A stretch of 57,051 nucleotides of DNA from Christensenella sp. UBA4626 (GTDB lineage Bacteria > Bacillota > Clostridia > Christensenellales > UBA1242), in assembly GCA_002406115.1 (NCBI GenBank), contig DHNC01000035.1, forward strand, positions 89,349 through 146,399. The letters are read 5' to 3'. Below, piece by piece: positions 55,864 to 57,051 of this stretch. The notes under the pieces were generated by a model, which was not told the origin of the DNA, did no database searches, and was given only the letters and a program-made list of their open reading frames with translations. Numbering within the stretch: position 1 is the first letter of the stretch; every line of letters starts with the position of its first letter. Position numbers and translations under genes: made by a program.

Positions 55864-57051
55864 TTATTTGTTTTTAACTTCAATCAAAGATTTGCCACCC
55901 ATGTATGGACGCAACACTTCTGGTATGGTTATTGAGCCATCTGGTTGATAATGATTTTCGATAAACGCAATAATTGCTCTTGGGCTTGCAAGCGCTGTGT
56001 TGTTCAAAGTGTTGACAAGATATGTGCCGTCTTTGCCCTTTGCACGGATATTCAATCTACGTGCTTGTGCATCGCCGAGTGTTGAACAAGAACCAACTTC
56101 AAAATATTTTTGTTGACGTGGGCTCCATGCTTCGATATCGCAAGATTTAACTTTAAGGTCAGCTAAATCGCCTGTGCAGCATTCAAGTTGACGCACTGGA
56201 ATTTCCAAATTTCTGAACACATCTACGGTATATTGCCACATTTTGTTGTACCAATCCATAGCCTCTTCTGCCTTACAAATCACAATCATTTCTTGCTTTT
56301 CAAACTGGTGAACCCTATAAATGCCACGTTCTTCAAGCCCATGCGCACCGCCCTCTTTTCTGAAACAAGGTGAATAAGACGTCATTCTTATTGGCAATTC
56401 CTCTTCTTTTATGATTTGGTCTTTAAATCTGCCTATCATGCTGTGTTCGCTTGTGCCAATCAAATATAGGTCCTCGCCCTCGATTTTGTACATCATAGCA
56501 TCCATTTCTGCAAAACTCATAACGCCTGTTACAACGTCACTATGAATCATAAATGGTGGTATGCAGTACACAAAGCCTTTGTCAATCATATAATCTCTGC
56601 CATAAGCAATCATTGCTTCGTGCAATCTGGCAATATCGCCAAGCAAATAGTAAAAACCTGCGCCAGAAGTCCTGCCGGCACTTTCCTTATCCAATCCGCC
56701 AACTGCGTTTAAAATGTCCGCATTATAAGGTATCTCATAATCTGGAACTTTTGCTTCGCCAAATCTAGCAACTTCAACATTTTGGCTGTCGTCCTTACCA
56801 ACCGGCACAGATGGGTCAACAATATTAGGAATCATCATCATATTTGCCTTAATTTTGTCGTTGTATTCCGCAACTTTTTGCTCGATTTCTGCAATGCGTT
56901 CGTTATTTTTTACAACAACTGCCTTGATTTCGTTGGCTTGGTCAATTTGCTTTTCACGCATCAATTTGCCGATTTGTTGTGACAAACTGTTCCTCTTTGC
57001 ACGTAAATCATCGCCTTCTTGCTTCAAAATACGCACATCTTTATCCCATTC
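55864..57051 (-). CDS. serS: Serine--tRNA ligase (N-terminus beyond the window edge)
   Basis: Class II aaRS; coiled-coil N-arm fragment, LIGTSEH, YRVHQFEKQEM, GSCSTLGDAQARR motifs; reading frame stays open to position 57051. Confidence 0.93.
   Translation of the reverse strand, partial: EWDKDVRILKQEGDDLRAKRNSLSQQIGKLMREKQIDQANEIKAVVVKNNERIAEIEQKVAEYNDKIKANMMMIPNIVDPSVPVGKDDSQNVEVARFGEAKVPDYEIPYNADILNAVGGLDKESAGRTSGAGFYYLLGDIARLHEAMIAYGRDYMIDKGFVYCIPPFMIHSDVVTGVMSFAEMDAMMYKIEGEDLYLIGTSEHSMIGRFKDQIIKEEELPIRMTSYSPCFRKEGGAHGLEERGIYRVHQFEKQEMIVICKAEEAMDWYNKMWQYTVDVFRNLEIPVRQLECCTGDLADLKVKSCDIEAWSPRQQKYFEVGSCSTLGDAQARRLNIRAKGKDGTYLVNTLNNTALASPRAIIAFIENHYQPDGSITIPEVLRPYMGGKSLIEVKNK

Noticed and set aside
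1-57051. CRISPR arrays, IS elements/transposases, integrases, prophage blocks, restriction-modification or known defence/toxin systems
   Set aside because: I looked for regularly spaced direct repeats and for the corresponding protein signatures in the ORF track and found none. The only mobile-element-like hints are the tRNA 3' duplication and the TIR-like repeats, both reported as findings.

Overview
57-kb AT-rich chromosomal segment from a Firmicutes (Clostridia-like) endospore former, almost entirely core housekeeping genes. I call 61 protein genes (58 on +, 3 on -), one tRNA-Glu(CUC), and a set of sigma-A-type promoters, intrinsic terminators and leaders. Gene order follows known Bacillus/Clostridium syntenic blocks: rnhB-yraN; rplS; comM-dprA-topA-trmFO-hslVU; tcdA-trxA-nifS-iscU-like; ruvX-DUF1292; rpsB-tsf-frr-uppS-cdsA-rseP-(polC slot)-rimP-nusA-ylxR-ylxQ-infB-rbfA-truB; efp-spoIIIAA..AH-asp23-nusB-xseAB-proS; tRNA-Glu/XRE/comEC-holA; rpsT; murI-glmS; PBP1; miaB-mutS-mutL-miaA-ynbB-like; serS (cut by the window edge). 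I saw no rRNA, CRISPR array, transposase, integrase, restriction-modification, toxin-antitoxin or recognisable defence genes. I do not find a convincing novel multi-gene system. The best leads are: (1) a 506-aa PolC-like protein with N-domain, OB fold and proofreading exonuclease but no polymerase, sitting where polC normally lies; (2) an orphan ~0.9-kb non-coding island (54.9-55.8 kb) between convergent terminators. It carries a G10 tract inside a promoter-preceded 48-codon ORF, a 14-bp perfect hairpin whose arm recurs 0.55 kb away (TIR-like geometry), and a cluster of DnaA-box-like 9-mers next to AT-rich DNA; (3) an IscU/NifU-like protein that has lost two of the three cluster-ligand cysteines and gained an acidic tail, next to an intact NifS; (4) twin TTAACC-N3-GGTTAA palindromes in front of an XRE regulator beside the tRNA; (5) synteny holes where pyrH, dxr, dxs/ispA and hfq usually sit. 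All calls come from reading the sequence and the ORF track by eye. No database search was run.
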